Source: a virus (lineage: Duplodnaviria > Caudoviricetes). Taken from it: 55,394 nucleotides of DNA. Each line of letters starts with the position of its first letter. Position 1 is the stretch's first letter. Positions 45,833 through 54,372 of this stretch are shown piece after piece. The stretch covers positions 1 to 55,394 of IMG/VR virus record IMGVR_UViG_3300048813_000197; one strand, 5' to 3'. The translations under genes were made by a program, and so were the position numbers. A model generated the notes under the pieces. That model was given only the letters and a program-made list of their open reading frames with translations, had not been told where the DNA came from and searched no databases.

Positions 45833-47104
45833 ATGACGCCTTACTTTGAAGACGGTCCAGTGATGGTTTACCAGGGTCACGTGCTTGACGTGCTGCGGCA
45901 GATGCCGGATGAGAGTGTGAATTGCGTGGTGACCTCGCCGCCGTATTGGGGGTTGCGGGATTACGGAACCGCAGAATGGCAAGGTGGTTCTGAAGATTGC
46001 GATCACTTAAAGCCAGCGGCGCATGGCTACAACCCAATTAAAACATCCACTCTCGGTCCCAACCGCGACGGAATTTCTACCGACAACTCAGCGCACGCAA
46101 ACGAGGCTAAACGGCAGCAGTACACTTGTGCTTGCGGTAAATGCGGAGCGACCCGTATCGATCACCAGATCGGGCTGGAGAAAACTCCGCAGGAATATAT
46201 CGCGAAGATGGTCGAGGTGTTTCGCGAGGTGCGACGAGTGTTGACTGATGAAGGCGCGCTCTGGGTGAATATCGGCGATTCTTACGCTAGCGGTAAGGGA
46301 ACCTGCTACAACCCCGGCGGCGGCGAAACCTCACTTGGTAAAGACCGCAAAGATGAAGGGGTGCACCCGCTTGACCGTGGCAATAAGTCTACGCTCGCGG
46401 CTGTTGGTCTTAAACCTAAAGACTTGGTCGGGATACCGTGGATGCTGGCCTTTGCCCTGCGCGCCGATGGATGGTATTTGAGACAAGAGATAATTTGGGA
46501 AAAGCCAAATCCGATGCCCGAGAGCGTAACTGATCGCTGCACTAAAGCTCACGAGCAGATTTTCCTACTTACAAAAAACTCCCGATATTACTTCGACCAA
46601 GAGGCGATTCTCGAAGATGTTTCGCCAGGCACTCATGCGCGGCTATCACAAAATGTCGAAGCACAGATCGGTTCCGAGCGCGCCAATGGCGGCCAGAAGA
46701 CCAATGGAAATATGAAGGCGGTTGGACGAAAACTCGCCGAGGCCGGCAGTGGCACCAAAAACAACACAAGTTTCGATGCGGCAATGGCGGTAATGCCAGA
46801 CAAGCGCAATAAGCGCAGCGTCTGGACTGTGGCGACTGAAGCATTTTCTGAGGCCCACTTCGCCACGTTTCCGCAAGAGTTGATCAAACCCTGTATCCTC
46901 GCCGGATGCCCAGCGGGCGGAGTCGTCCTCGATCCTTTCGCCGGCTCGTTGACCACGATGCAGGTCGCGTCAAAGCTCAACTGCAAATCGATCGGCATCG
47001 AACTAAATTCTGACTACATCGACATCGGAATTCGCTGCCGTCTCAAACAATCCGTACTAGACTTTACCCAGGAGGAAACATGCCCACCAACCCACAATTC
47101 CTGA
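45833..47104 (+). CDS. N4/N6 DNA methyltransferase (beta class)
   Basis: TSPPYW, IIWEKPNPMPESVTDR, HFATFP, VLDPFAGS. Confidence 0.92.
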   Translation: MTPYFEDGPVMVYQGHVLDVLRQMPDESVNCVVTSPPYWGLRDYGTAEWQGGSEDCDHLKPAAHGYNPIKTSTLGPNRDGISTDNSAHANEAKRQQYTCACGKCGATRIDHQIGLEKTPQEYIAKMVEVFREVRRVLTDEGALWVNIGDSYASGKGTCYNPGGGETSLGKDRKDEGVHPLDRGNKSTLAAVGLKPKDLVGIPWMLAFALRADGWYLRQEIIWEKPNPMPESVTDRCTKAHEQIFLLTKNSRYYFDQEAILEDVSPGTHARLSQNVEAQIGSERANGGQKTNGNMKAVGRKLAEAGSGTKNNTSFDAAMAVMPDKRNKRSVWTVATEAFSEAHFATFPQELIKPCILAGCPAGGVVLDPFAGSLTTMQVASKLNCKSIGIELNSDYIDIGIRCRLKQSVLDFTQEETCPPTHNS

Positions 47105-47706
47105 TCGCCGCCCGCACGATGATCGACCAACTGCTTGCCAGAGGTCAGCGCCCGCTGGTGTTCCTGATGAATCCGACAACCGCAGGAGTCATCGCCGCGG
47201 ATATGGCTGAGTTCCACTTCAACCAGAAGTCCGCCTTCGCTCGCTTCTGGCATCTGGTGCGGCATGGGAAGACTGTGCCGAAACTGGAGACACTGCACGG
47301 CGTCCCGGTGCAGGAGATGGCCTCTTTGCCGGATGGAGCGATGCATCTGCAGTGCGTGGCGAATATCTCACCGCAGGCGATTGGAGAGGCGATGAAGGCC
47401 CAGGCTGCGCAGAACCAGCAGCGAGGTCAGGAGTTCTGGGAGAAGCAGCGTGTCGAGCCGCCGGCTGCCGCTGAGGGAGATGTAGCGCCGACTCTGAATG
47501 ACCTGGCGAGTGGGAGTGGGGATCGACCGAGTTGTAGCGATGTGTTGATGAAAGCGATGGAGCGCGCGGACGAGTTGTCTGGCGTGGTGGTGATTCGTGT
47601 CTATCCAAACAACCGGCTGGATATGTCTCTCAATGTTGACCACTATGCCGCAACCGGGATTTTACAGAAGGCGATGATTTATCTCGCTCACGGTGATCAA
47701 GTATGA
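47080..47706 (+). CDS. two-domain protein, N-terminal HK97 capsid A-domain-like
   Basis: RPLVFLMNPTT...TLHGVPVQEMASLPDG; C-terminus resembles 51795..52031. Confidence 0.55.
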   Translation: MPTNPQFLIAARTMIDQLLARGQRPLVFLMNPTTAGVIAADMAEFHFNQKSAFARFWHLVRHGKTVPKLETLHGVPVQEMASLPDGAMHLQCVANISPQAIGEAMKAQAAQNQQRGQEFWEKQRVEPPAAAEGDVAPTLNDLASGSGDRPSCSDVLMKAMERADELSGVVVIRVYPNNRLDMSLNVDHYAATGILQKAMIYLAHGDQV

Positions 47707-47903
47707 GCTACCACGACCTCAGTGAATGCACTCTAACCGATGACGAGCGCAGAGCGGAGGCGACCCGTATCTGCATCATGATCGTTGATGTCAATGGAAA
47801 GACTCAGCGCGAAGTTGACTTCATCAGGCAGATTAGCCAGTCCGGCCCAGTGAGCGTCAAACAACTGTTCTGGCTACGCGATATAAAAGATCGGCTTCTA
47901 TGA
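47703..47903 (+). CDS. hypothetical protein
   Basis: REVDFI..I....SVKQLFWL.DI; ATGA coupling. Confidence 0.65.
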   Translation: MSYHDLSECTLTDDERRAEATRICIMIVDVNGKTQREVDFIRQISQSGPVSVKQLFWLRDIKDRLL

Positions 47904-48134
47904 TTTCGCGACCAGGAACCAACAATCGCGGTGGACAAACTCTTTCCCCTTCGGTGCAAGGTAGGCGAGAACCTGATCGTTGCCGACATTCCGTTTGCCA
48001 AGATAGATGTCGCTCAGCATCTGAAACGAAATCCCAATCTCTTTGGCGAAGGCGATCTGACTTAGACCGCCTTGCCTACTCTTCAAAAGGTCGATGAGTT
48101 CGGTTGAGGTGTAGGGGGTTTCAGGTTTACCCAT
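47898..48134 (-). CDS. XRE-family HTH regulator
   Basis: SQIAFAKEIGISFQMLSDIYLGKR. Confidence 0.8.
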   Translation of the reverse strand: MGKPETPYTSTELIDLLKSRQGGLSQIAFAKEIGISFQMLSDIYLGKRNVGNDQVLAYLAPKGKEFVHRDCWFLVAKS

Positions 48135-48990
48135 CGTCTTCATCGTCCTTCGGAAGAGGAGTTTCAGCCATAGCGCTTTCGAGTACCGCAACCTGCTTCT
48201 TGATCACCTCTTGGAGACTCTCGGCTTCGCGTAAGTTATATTTGGCGGTGCCCAGCAATTTCTTCAATGGCGCATCTCCATCCAGGATGAGTTTGACGAT
48301 GGAGCCAACCTTGTCCGGCTTAGGCCAGCCGTACTGGATGTTGAGTCCCGACGCTTTTTCGAACAGCTCGATTTTCTCGTGAAGCTCCTTGTATTGATTT
48401 TCGTAGTAGTCAGCGTTCGTCCGCGATATGCCTTGCTTATATCCTTCATCTCTCGCCGCATTTAGGGCCACAGTGTCTATCTTCGACTGGCGATTTGCAA
48501 CCGCGTAGACCAGCGCCGTCAGCATTGTCATCGACATTGGTATCGGATCCAATTTTGGGCATGGAACTACGCACTTCAAACGGTTTTTCTGCGCGACATA
48601 CATGCCCCAGGTTGGAGGCAATTCCCCGGGCTTCACAATGTTTTTATTTGGGACGACCAACGCCCAATAGTTGCAGTAGCGCATGATCGACTCGGCTTTC
48701 TCTGGCTGCTTTAGTTCGTGAAGCCAGTCAGAGCGCGACACCTTCATTTCGAAACCCCAAACAGCCTTACCCCTTGAGCGATAGAGGCTGATGGCAATAG
48801 CGTCCGCAGTGCGGTTCCCGTCAAACCCTGTGGCATCTCTCACTTCTTCCAGGGTGATGTAGGCGGGGGGCGTGAACGTTCCTTGCAGGCGCAGGAATAA
48901 ATCGTGGGCCGCTAACTTGATTCCCGCTTCTAATTCTTCATCCGCGACCGCCTCGGGTCCAACTAACTCCTCATAGGTAGGTTCACTCAT
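48127..48990 (-). CDS. MmcB-like PD-(D/E)XK nuclease-fold protein
   Basis: EEV...RTADAIA...GFEMKVSRSDWLHEL..PEK..YCNYW...ELPPTWG. Confidence 0.75.
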   Translation of the reverse strand: MSEPTYEELVGPEAVADEELEAGIKLAAHDLFLRLQGTFTPPAYITLEEVRDATGFDGNRTADAIAISLYRSRGKAVWGFEMKVSRSDWLHELKQPEKAESIMRYCNYWALVVPNKNIVKPGELPPTWGMYVAQKNRLKCVVPCPKLDPIPMSMTMLTALVYAVANRQSKIDTVALNAARDEGYKQGISRTNADYYENQYKELHEKIELFEKASGLNIQYGWPKPDKVGSIVKLILDGDAPLKKLLGTAKYNLREAESLQEVIKKQVAVLESAMAETPLPKDDEDDG

Positions 48991-49400
48991 GCTGGCTTTC
49001 CCCACGCCGATGCGAGATGTAATCCGAAAGGAAGACTCCAGGTACTCGGTAGAATCCAGAGCACACGCAGGTTGGCCGCGCTTTTCCATTCGTGCTCAAT
49101 CGCGGGGTAGACTTCGACGGCGACGACTTCCGGACCAAACAAGTCATGCACGATCCGCTGTAGTTCCTCCCACGAAATACGCTCGATGTCACCGTGCCGG
49201 ATTGCGCCAATTTGCCATACGCCGCCGATAGGAGTCTCGCAGACGAAGGCCTGGACCTCGTAACGTTGATTTGCCCAGATGTGTTTGCAGTGCATGAGGT
49301 GCGGGAAGTCGCTCCGCATTTTGTCCGTCACTTCGGTTTGCCGCCAGACTCCCCATTCTCTAGCGAACGATTTAAGAATTGCTGTCTTTCTCGCTTTCAT
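48987..49400 (-). CDS. conserved phage hypothetical protein
   Basis: SWEELQRI..LFG...AVEVYP...N.R.LW; coupled on both sides. Confidence 0.7.
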   Translation of the reverse strand: MKARKTAILKSFAREWGVWRQTEVTDKMRSDFPHLMHCKHIWANQRYEVQAFVCETPIGGVWQIGAIRHGDIERISWEELQRIVHDLFGPEVVAVEVYPAIEHEWKSAANLRVLWILPSTWSLPFGLHLASAWGKPA

Positions 49401-50101
49401 TAGTTAAACCTCGCAAATTCTTTGTGGTATTTTGCCGCCGCCACGCAGTAAGCTGCATGTGCCAGTTCTGGAGTAGCAAACAAACCCAACGAAAACTTAT
49501 TTCCGTCAACCATGATTTGTGCTCTCCACTTTCCGGTTTGTGGATGAAAAGTTACGCCTTTATACCCAGACTTGTTATCTCGGTGTTTTCTTTTATTGCG
49601 CTGATTTTCTGCTTCAGATGCTACCCTCAATACATCCCGCCGATTATCGAGTGTATTTCCAAATTCATGATCAACGTCGATCCCATCTGGAGCATTGGTG
49701 ATGAGGCGATGCATTCTTATCCAAGTGTCAACCCCGTCAATACGAATTGATCGGGCGGCGTAATGATAGCCTCCCTCTTGGCGGATGGATGTCCACTTCC
49801 ACTGCATCAGCCACTCGTAATCAGATTCCCAAACAATCGTCCACTGGCCTTGGGTGAGTGGGATAAGCCGGCAGTAAACGCCGTCAATTTTAAATGGCTC
49901 AGCCTTATCGATGACTGGGAATATACGCCTGTGTCCATTTAGGAACCTCTTCGGCCTCCTTATCTGCCACCCATACTGTTCGCTATTTTGTTTTGCTATG
50001 CTTGTTTTTTGACCGCATTTGCAGTGACAAAAACCATAAGGAACGTCACACTGTGAGTCGCCGCAGATACAGAGTGGTAGACTGGTTTCAAGAGGGGTCA
50101 T
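49400..50101 (-). CDS. HNH-AP2 homing endonuclease
   Basis: VDHEFGNTLDNRRDVLR, NKSGYKGV, KWRAQI..LGLF.TPELAHAAY. Confidence 0.9.
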   Translation of the reverse strand: MTPLETSLPLCICGDSQCDVPYGFCHCKCGQKTSIAKQNSEQYGWQIRRPKRFLNGHRRIFPVIDKAEPFKIDGVYCRLIPLTQGQWTIVWESDYEWLMQWKWTSIRQEGGYHYAARSIRIDGVDTWIRMHRLITNAPDGIDVDHEFGNTLDNRRDVLRVASEAENQRNKRKHRDNKSGYKGVTFHPQTGKWRAQIMVDGNKFSLGLFATPELAHAAYCVAAAKYHKEFARFN

Positions 50102-50157
50102 GATCGCTCCTTGGGCGATTAGGCTTGCCGGTGCTATCAACACCTGACTCCTCAATT

Positions 50158-50322
50158 TTACTCCATATCGATTGGGTTTTGACCCAACAGTTCAAGTAGT
50201 TTGTTGACGCTGCGCTGCACGGTCGCCACTGACTCCTTGCGATATTCGGCAATGAGAGTTACAGACCAGCCAGACCTGTATAACTCGATGCGCTTGCGCT
50301 CGTCTTCATTCCATGCGCTCAT
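50158..50322 (-). CDS. small HTH protein
   Basis: LYRSGWSVTLIAEYRKESVATVQR. Confidence 0.6.
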   Translation of the reverse strand: MSAWNEDERKRIELYRSGWSVTLIAEYRKESVATVQRSVNKLLELLGQNPIDME

Positions 50323-50588
50323 TGGCTGGACCTGTGAAAATAATAATCCGGATCCCGATAGATTTCGGGACCGCACCAGCACGCACAATGAATCAAATGT
50401 GGCAGTCCGAAGGTTGGCAGCATGTGGACAGTCGATTCCCAGTCTGGCGACCCATCCTCAAGCCTGCGCTCGGTGAAGACAATGACCTTGCCGCGCGCTC
50501 TGTCTTCTGGAGTCGGCGTGTATTGCTCGATGACGCTGCAATCAGGCTGCGCTTCGAGCTCGGCGATGGATTTCTGGTAGAGCATCAT
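50319..50588 (-). CDS. His/Cys metal-binding small protein
   Basis: VHMLP...H...CWCGP...H. Confidence 0.65.
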   Translation of the reverse strand: MMLYQKSIAELEAQPDCSVIEQYTPTPEDRARGKVIVFTERRLEDGSPDWESTVHMLPTFGLPHLIHCACWCGPEIYRDPDYYFHRSSQ

Positions 50589-50878
50589 TGAATCGTCTCC
50601 GGCGGTTTTGTTTTCTCGTGCTCCCGTGAACCTGGATGATCGGCATCGTGGTGGTCCCACATCGTCCACCGCTTCAGTTTGCCGTTCTCATCCTTCTCGC
50701 CTTCGATCGCAGTCAAATCGCCGCACTCCTGTAACTCTGGATGACATGGGCAGGCATCGCTCATTTCGTGCGCTGCGGAGACTACCGACTCGCCATCAAT
50801 CTGGATCATCGGCATAATGTGATAGGTGACAAATTTTCCATTATCGTCTCGCTCTTCGATCACTCCCCAGTTGCTCAT
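50585..50878 (-). CDS. His/Cys metal-binding small protein
   Basis: YHIMP...H...CPCHP...HH. Confidence 0.65.
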   Translation of the reverse strand: MSNWGVIEERDDNGKFVTYHIMPMIQIDGESVVSAAHEMSDACPCHPELQECGDLTAIEGEKDENGKLKRWTMWDHHDADHPGSREHEKTKPPETIQ

Positions 50879-51114
50879 CCTTCGACTCTCACTTTCCCGT
50901 TACCGTCACACTTCTGGCAGCGGTCTGAGTATGGAACTGGCAGATCCGCCATGTTCAATTTGAAGATTCCAGATCCATCGCACTGGTTGCATTTAGCAAC
51001 CCATCCCGATCCGCGGCAAATCTGGCACTTTGACTTGCCGACGATCTTGTAATCCCGGGTGCCATCTTCGTTGTTGCGATAGGCGGTTGCGGCGCAGACA
51101 CATTGTTGTTTCAT
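50875..51114 (-). CDS. DnaJ-type Zn-finger protein
   Basis: CQICRGSG, CNQCDGSG, CQKCDGNG. Confidence 0.7.
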   Translation of the reverse strand: MKQQCVCAATAYRNNEDGTRDYKIVGKSKCQICRGSGWVAKCNQCDGSGIFKLNMADLPVPYSDRCQKCDGNGKVRVEG

Positions 51115-51554
51115 CGGTTACCAACTCTTTCGACTGCTTTCCATAGTCGATCATCCATCGCCAATGAATTAACTCGCCGAACAGGTTTCTTCTGAGCATA
51201 ACTACTACGATCTTTACCCTCGAGAGTTTTGTATTCAGGTAAAGATAGCGGTGGGTCTCGTTCTAACTTTACCGCCCGAATCTCGCGTGCGACTTCCTTA
51301 CGCTCGCGGAATTCCCGCCTGATTCCCAGTATCGAAATGCGCGTCTGCGCAATCAATCGACTCATGGTGTTTCGGTGAATCCCTAACTCGCGCGCAGCGG
51401 CACCCGAGTCACCTCTATGCGTTCGCAGAACACGTAAAAGCAGTGCTCTCTTAAACTCCCACATTGCATCCGAATATGCGCTCACAGGTACTCTCCACAG
51501 TCCCGGCAACTCCATCTGCCGATACAGAACATCTTCCGGTAGTGGCCGCAGCAT
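51111..51554 (-). CDS. Fis-like HTH protein
   Basis: FKRALLLRVLRTHRGDSGAAARELGIHRNTMSR. Confidence 0.75.
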   Translation of the reverse strand: MLRPLPEDVLYRQMELPGLWRVPVSAYSDAMWEFKRALLLRVLRTHRGDSGAAARELGIHRNTMSRLIAQTRISILGIRREFRERKEVAREIRAVKLERDPPLSLPEYKTLEGKDRSSYAQKKPVRRVNSLAMDDRLWKAVERVGNR

Positions 51555-51805
51555 TCAGGCGCGCGGTGATAGCCAGCCCTGCGCTTGGCGAGGTCCAGGT
51601 TCTCCGTCCGATAGCGCGGCAGTGGCGTGTCTGGTGAGAGGACTTCGCCTTCAACCGGATACATTGACTGCATAACATCTCGGACGGCGAAGTTGAGGCG
51701 CTTATATGAATCGTTGACGATTGCCGCGAGAAAAGGGTCCATCTTTTCCGGCGCCAATACCTCGCCTTCGATCGCCTGCGGTCGGATTGTGATGTCAGTG
51801 GTCAT
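51482..51805 (-). CDS. hypothetical protein with C-terminal Cys motif
   Basis: ECCG...WSCRDCG; RBS upstream. Confidence 0.6.
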   Translation of the reverse strand: MTTDITIRPQAIEGEVLAPEKMDPFLAAIVNDSYKRLNFAVRDVMQSMYPVEGEVLSPDTPLPRYRTENLDLAKRRAGYHRAPECCGHYRKMFCIGRWSCRDCGEYL

Positions 51806-52031
51806 TCTTCTTCAGCAACCCCATTGCCCCGGCCTGCAGCCAGAATTTGAATCCATCAACCAGCCATGCACTTTCAGAGAGCGTCAAACCATTGTCCAGC
51901 GATCCCTGAAAGTCGTCTTGCCCTTCGACCTGTTTAGTGCGGTAGAGAATCAGCACCTGGTCGTATTGGTCGGCGCGTGAAGCCAGAGTTGCGGCGAGGT
52001 CCACTATGCTTTCTATCTGCTCGTTGTTCAA
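51795..52031 (-). CDS. hypothetical protein
   Basis: TTG start after GGAGG with TTGA overlap; ADQYDQVLILYR. Confidence 0.65.
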   Translation of the reverse strand: MNNEQIESIVDLAATLASRADQYDQVLILYRTKQVEGQDDFQGSLDNGLTLSESAWLVDGFKFWLQAGAMGLLKKNDH

Positions 52032-52513
52032 GAGTAAGCCTCCAGTTTCGTCGTATACGCCAGCATAAGCGGATGCCGCGGGGAGCGGTCGCCATTCCGT
52101 CCCCAGCAGTACAAGTTGAGAATCTCCTTCGCGATGCGATCTGCCCGATGCCGCCCGCGCCAGGAAGCTACACACGGCTTGCCCCAGGCCGCGACAATCC
52201 GGTGGCAGCTGAAATGGTTGATGTATTGTTTCAGGTGCTCGACGGTATTCTCCGGCCCAAATGGATCCGCCGCCGCTTTCCACTCCTTTGGGTCCGTTGC
52301 GCGGTAGGCGCCGACATTCAGCATTAGTACGCCGCCGTAGCCCATCCGCTGCGCGAAGCCAATTACCTTGCGAATGGTGGGATCGTCCTCCTTCTCGTCA
52401 GCCTTCGACGGGTTGCAGCCGATGACGCAGAGAAGCGGAAGTGACGCATCCCAAACCCGCAGGAGCCAGTAGCGATATTTTCGGTCTTCGGATAGGTAGG
52501 CTGTCGTGAACAA
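52028..52513 (-). CDS. DUF1643 domain protein
   Basis: YRYWLLRVWD, IGCNPSKAD...DDPTIRK, RATDP, VAAWG, PRHPL. Confidence 0.88.
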   Translation of the reverse strand: MFTTAYLSEDRKYRYWLLRVWDASLPLLCVIGCNPSKADEKEDDPTIRKVIGFAQRMGYGGVLMLNVGAYRATDPKEWKAAADPFGPENTVEHLKQYINHFSCHRIVAAWGKPCVASWRGRHRADRIAKEILNLYCWGRNGDRSPRHPLMLAYTTKLEAYS

Positions 52514-52684
52514 TTACGCCGCCTTCCTCAACACAGCGGAAAACGCCTCAGCATTGCCGGCGGTTCCGCAATTCTGACAAACGATGCACTTCACATTCTG
52601 CGGCCGGACATCGACCAGACAGCGCGGGCAGCGGAAGTGGAAAGGCTCGCGATGGACTACGGGGAAATTGGCTATGGTGAGCAT
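52514..52684 (-). CDS. small Zn-ribbon protein
   Basis: CPRC, CQNCG; RBS AAGGAG. Confidence 0.65.
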   Translation of the reverse strand: MLTIANFPVVHREPFHFRCPRCLVDVRPQNVKCIVCQNCGTAGNAEAFSAVLRKAA

Positions 52685-52733
52685 GGGGACTCCTTTTGAT
52701 CTTCGATCATTTGGATGCGTTGGCCGATCCAGT

Positions 52734-53132
52734 TCACGACGTTTTCGGCGGCCGACACGAAAGACACCCGCAGTTAGCCGCATGCGCTGGCTTTTGGTAG
52801 ATAGATCGTGGCGGCAATATCTCCGCCGCGGTACGAACTTCGGGGACGGAAGCCATGATTCGGGCCAGGCGAGATGGTTTTTCCATTTCATCCCGAATGT
52901 GCTCGTCAAACCGGCCATTCAACTCCGCCATCCGCTTTTCGTCCTGCGCGTTGAGTTTGCCGCTTGATTTGCGCGCGGGAGCGGAAACCTCGACCACCTC
53001 TTCCGAGCCCGGCGTATGCCAGCGCCGGCACCGGCAACCAGCGCATTTCTCCGGCGGCTCATCACCCTTCGCCAGCCAGATCCAGCCGCAGTCCTCGTAC
53101 TCACACTTCCAGCAGTCGCGGTTGACGCGCAT
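52734..53132 (-). CDS. Zn-ribbon protein
   Basis: CEYEDCGWIW..PEKCAGC..RW and HAANCGCLSC; RBS AAGGAG. Confidence 0.7.
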   Translation of the reverse strand: MRVNRDCWKCEYEDCGWIWLAKGDEPPEKCAGCRCRRWHTPGSEEVVEVSAPARKSSGKLNAQDEKRMAELNGRFDEHIRDEMEKPSRLARIMASVPEVRTAAEILPPRSIYQKPAHAANCGCLSCRPPKTS

Positions 53133-53143
53133 CAGTGAACTCC

Positions 53144-53602
53144 TTACGCCGCAAAGGTGTCTTTTTCGATGACTTCGTAAACGAAGACGTGCTCGTTTTT
53201 ATGGCTGAGCGCCATCGGGATGATCCAGGTGAGATTCGGCACGACGACCGGCAACTCATCCAAATGCCAGACCATCACCGCTTCGGATTCTATTGTCCGC
53301 ACCTTCGCCAGTTTTTCCGAGTCGAATGCATGGAAGAAATCCACCTGCCACTCCGGATTCTCTCCGCGCGCCCGCAGAATCAAGAACGGTTCCCAGTTCT
53401 GCACATCAACTCCCGCCTCCTCAAAAAACTCACGCCACATCGCCGCTGGCGCACTTTCTGTCTGCCCAGCGCTCATCGTGCTCCGTTTTCCGCCAATCCC
53501 ATTCCACTTCCCGACTACCGCCGCTGGACCGTGGTTCTTCAAAATCAAAGCCACCTTATTGCGATCCTCGTCGAACAACAATCCCGCCACATACTTAATC
53601 AT
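53144..53602 (-). CDS. Nudix hydrolase
   Basis: GKWNGIGGK...ESAPAAMWREFFEEAG Nudix box. Confidence 0.88.
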   Translation of the reverse strand: MIKYVAGLLFDEDRNKVALILKNHGPAAVVGKWNGIGGKRSTMSAGQTESAPAAMWREFFEEAGVDVQNWEPFLILRARGENPEWQVDFFHAFDSEKLAKVRTIESEAVMVWHLDELPVVVPNLTWIIPMALSHKNEHVFVYEVIEKDTFAA

Positions 53603-53615
53603 CGCTTTCCTCTCT

Positions 53616-53670
53616 TCCGGTATTCCGTACCACTCCGGTATAACGTACCGGAACAGCGTACCGGAGTCAA
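53616..53670 (-). promoter_or_regulatory. promoter of leftward accessory operon with TCCGGTA/TACCGGA operator-like repeats
   Basis: TTGACT-17-TACGTT; four heptamer copies. Confidence 0.65.
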
Positions 53671-54305
53671 GAGAATTCCGCGAACTAGCGGATTTGGGAA
53701 TTGGGATTTGGGAAAATTGGATATATTCAGTTGGTCGCCGTGAGGCGACGTGCGGGCGATGCCCACCCCTTCCGCGCGAGTTCCCGGGGGAAGCGAGTCG
53801 CCGAGCGCCGGCCAGGTCGAGCCGGGGGCGCAGGGTGGGCGCGTCGAGGGGGCGCGGCCGGTCCCGAAAATGGGGCGCTGTCCGCTCTCATCGCCATCCG
53901 AAGATGTTCTCCGCCTTAATCTCCGCAAGTCCAACCATCTAATAGACTTGGACGCCGACAGACTGCGCCATGTGTTGAGGCTATACACAAGGGATGCGCG
54001 AGAAGAACAATAAACGGCGCGAAGTGGGAACAACTCAGGGAACAGTTACAGCGATGGATGCGTAAGGCCCACCGGCAAGTGGAGGAAGGCGCGAGGCTTG
54101 CGGCTGGCTGGCGATCCCGGTCGATGGCTGGGCGCATCAGCTCGGCAAGCTGCCACCATATAAGGATGCACTGCTCGCCTGCGCGGTGCGAATGGGTGGG
54201 TCTGGATCAGGATTGCGGCAGGAGATGACCGGCAAGCTGTCTATATATGGGAATTATCCCTTTAACTCCCGTGTGAAAACAGTTCGTAAATCTCTCACTT
54301 TCCGC

Positions 54306-54333
54306 TTGACACATTACACGGTTGTGCTAACCT
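54306..54333 (+). promoter_or_regulatory. strong early sigma70-type promoter
   Basis: TTGACA-16 bp-TAACCT with extended TG. Confidence 0.7.
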
Positions 54334-54372
54334 TAATACATCAGAGGCAACCAGCCTCCTGGAGAATGAAAA

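Noticed and set aside
16092-50101. HNH genes as group I intron or intein cargo
   Set aside because: Flanking genes look complete and the HNH ORFs are intergenic; no split gene or splice motifs seen
53691-53721. G-quadruplex
   Set aside because: Only three GGG runs
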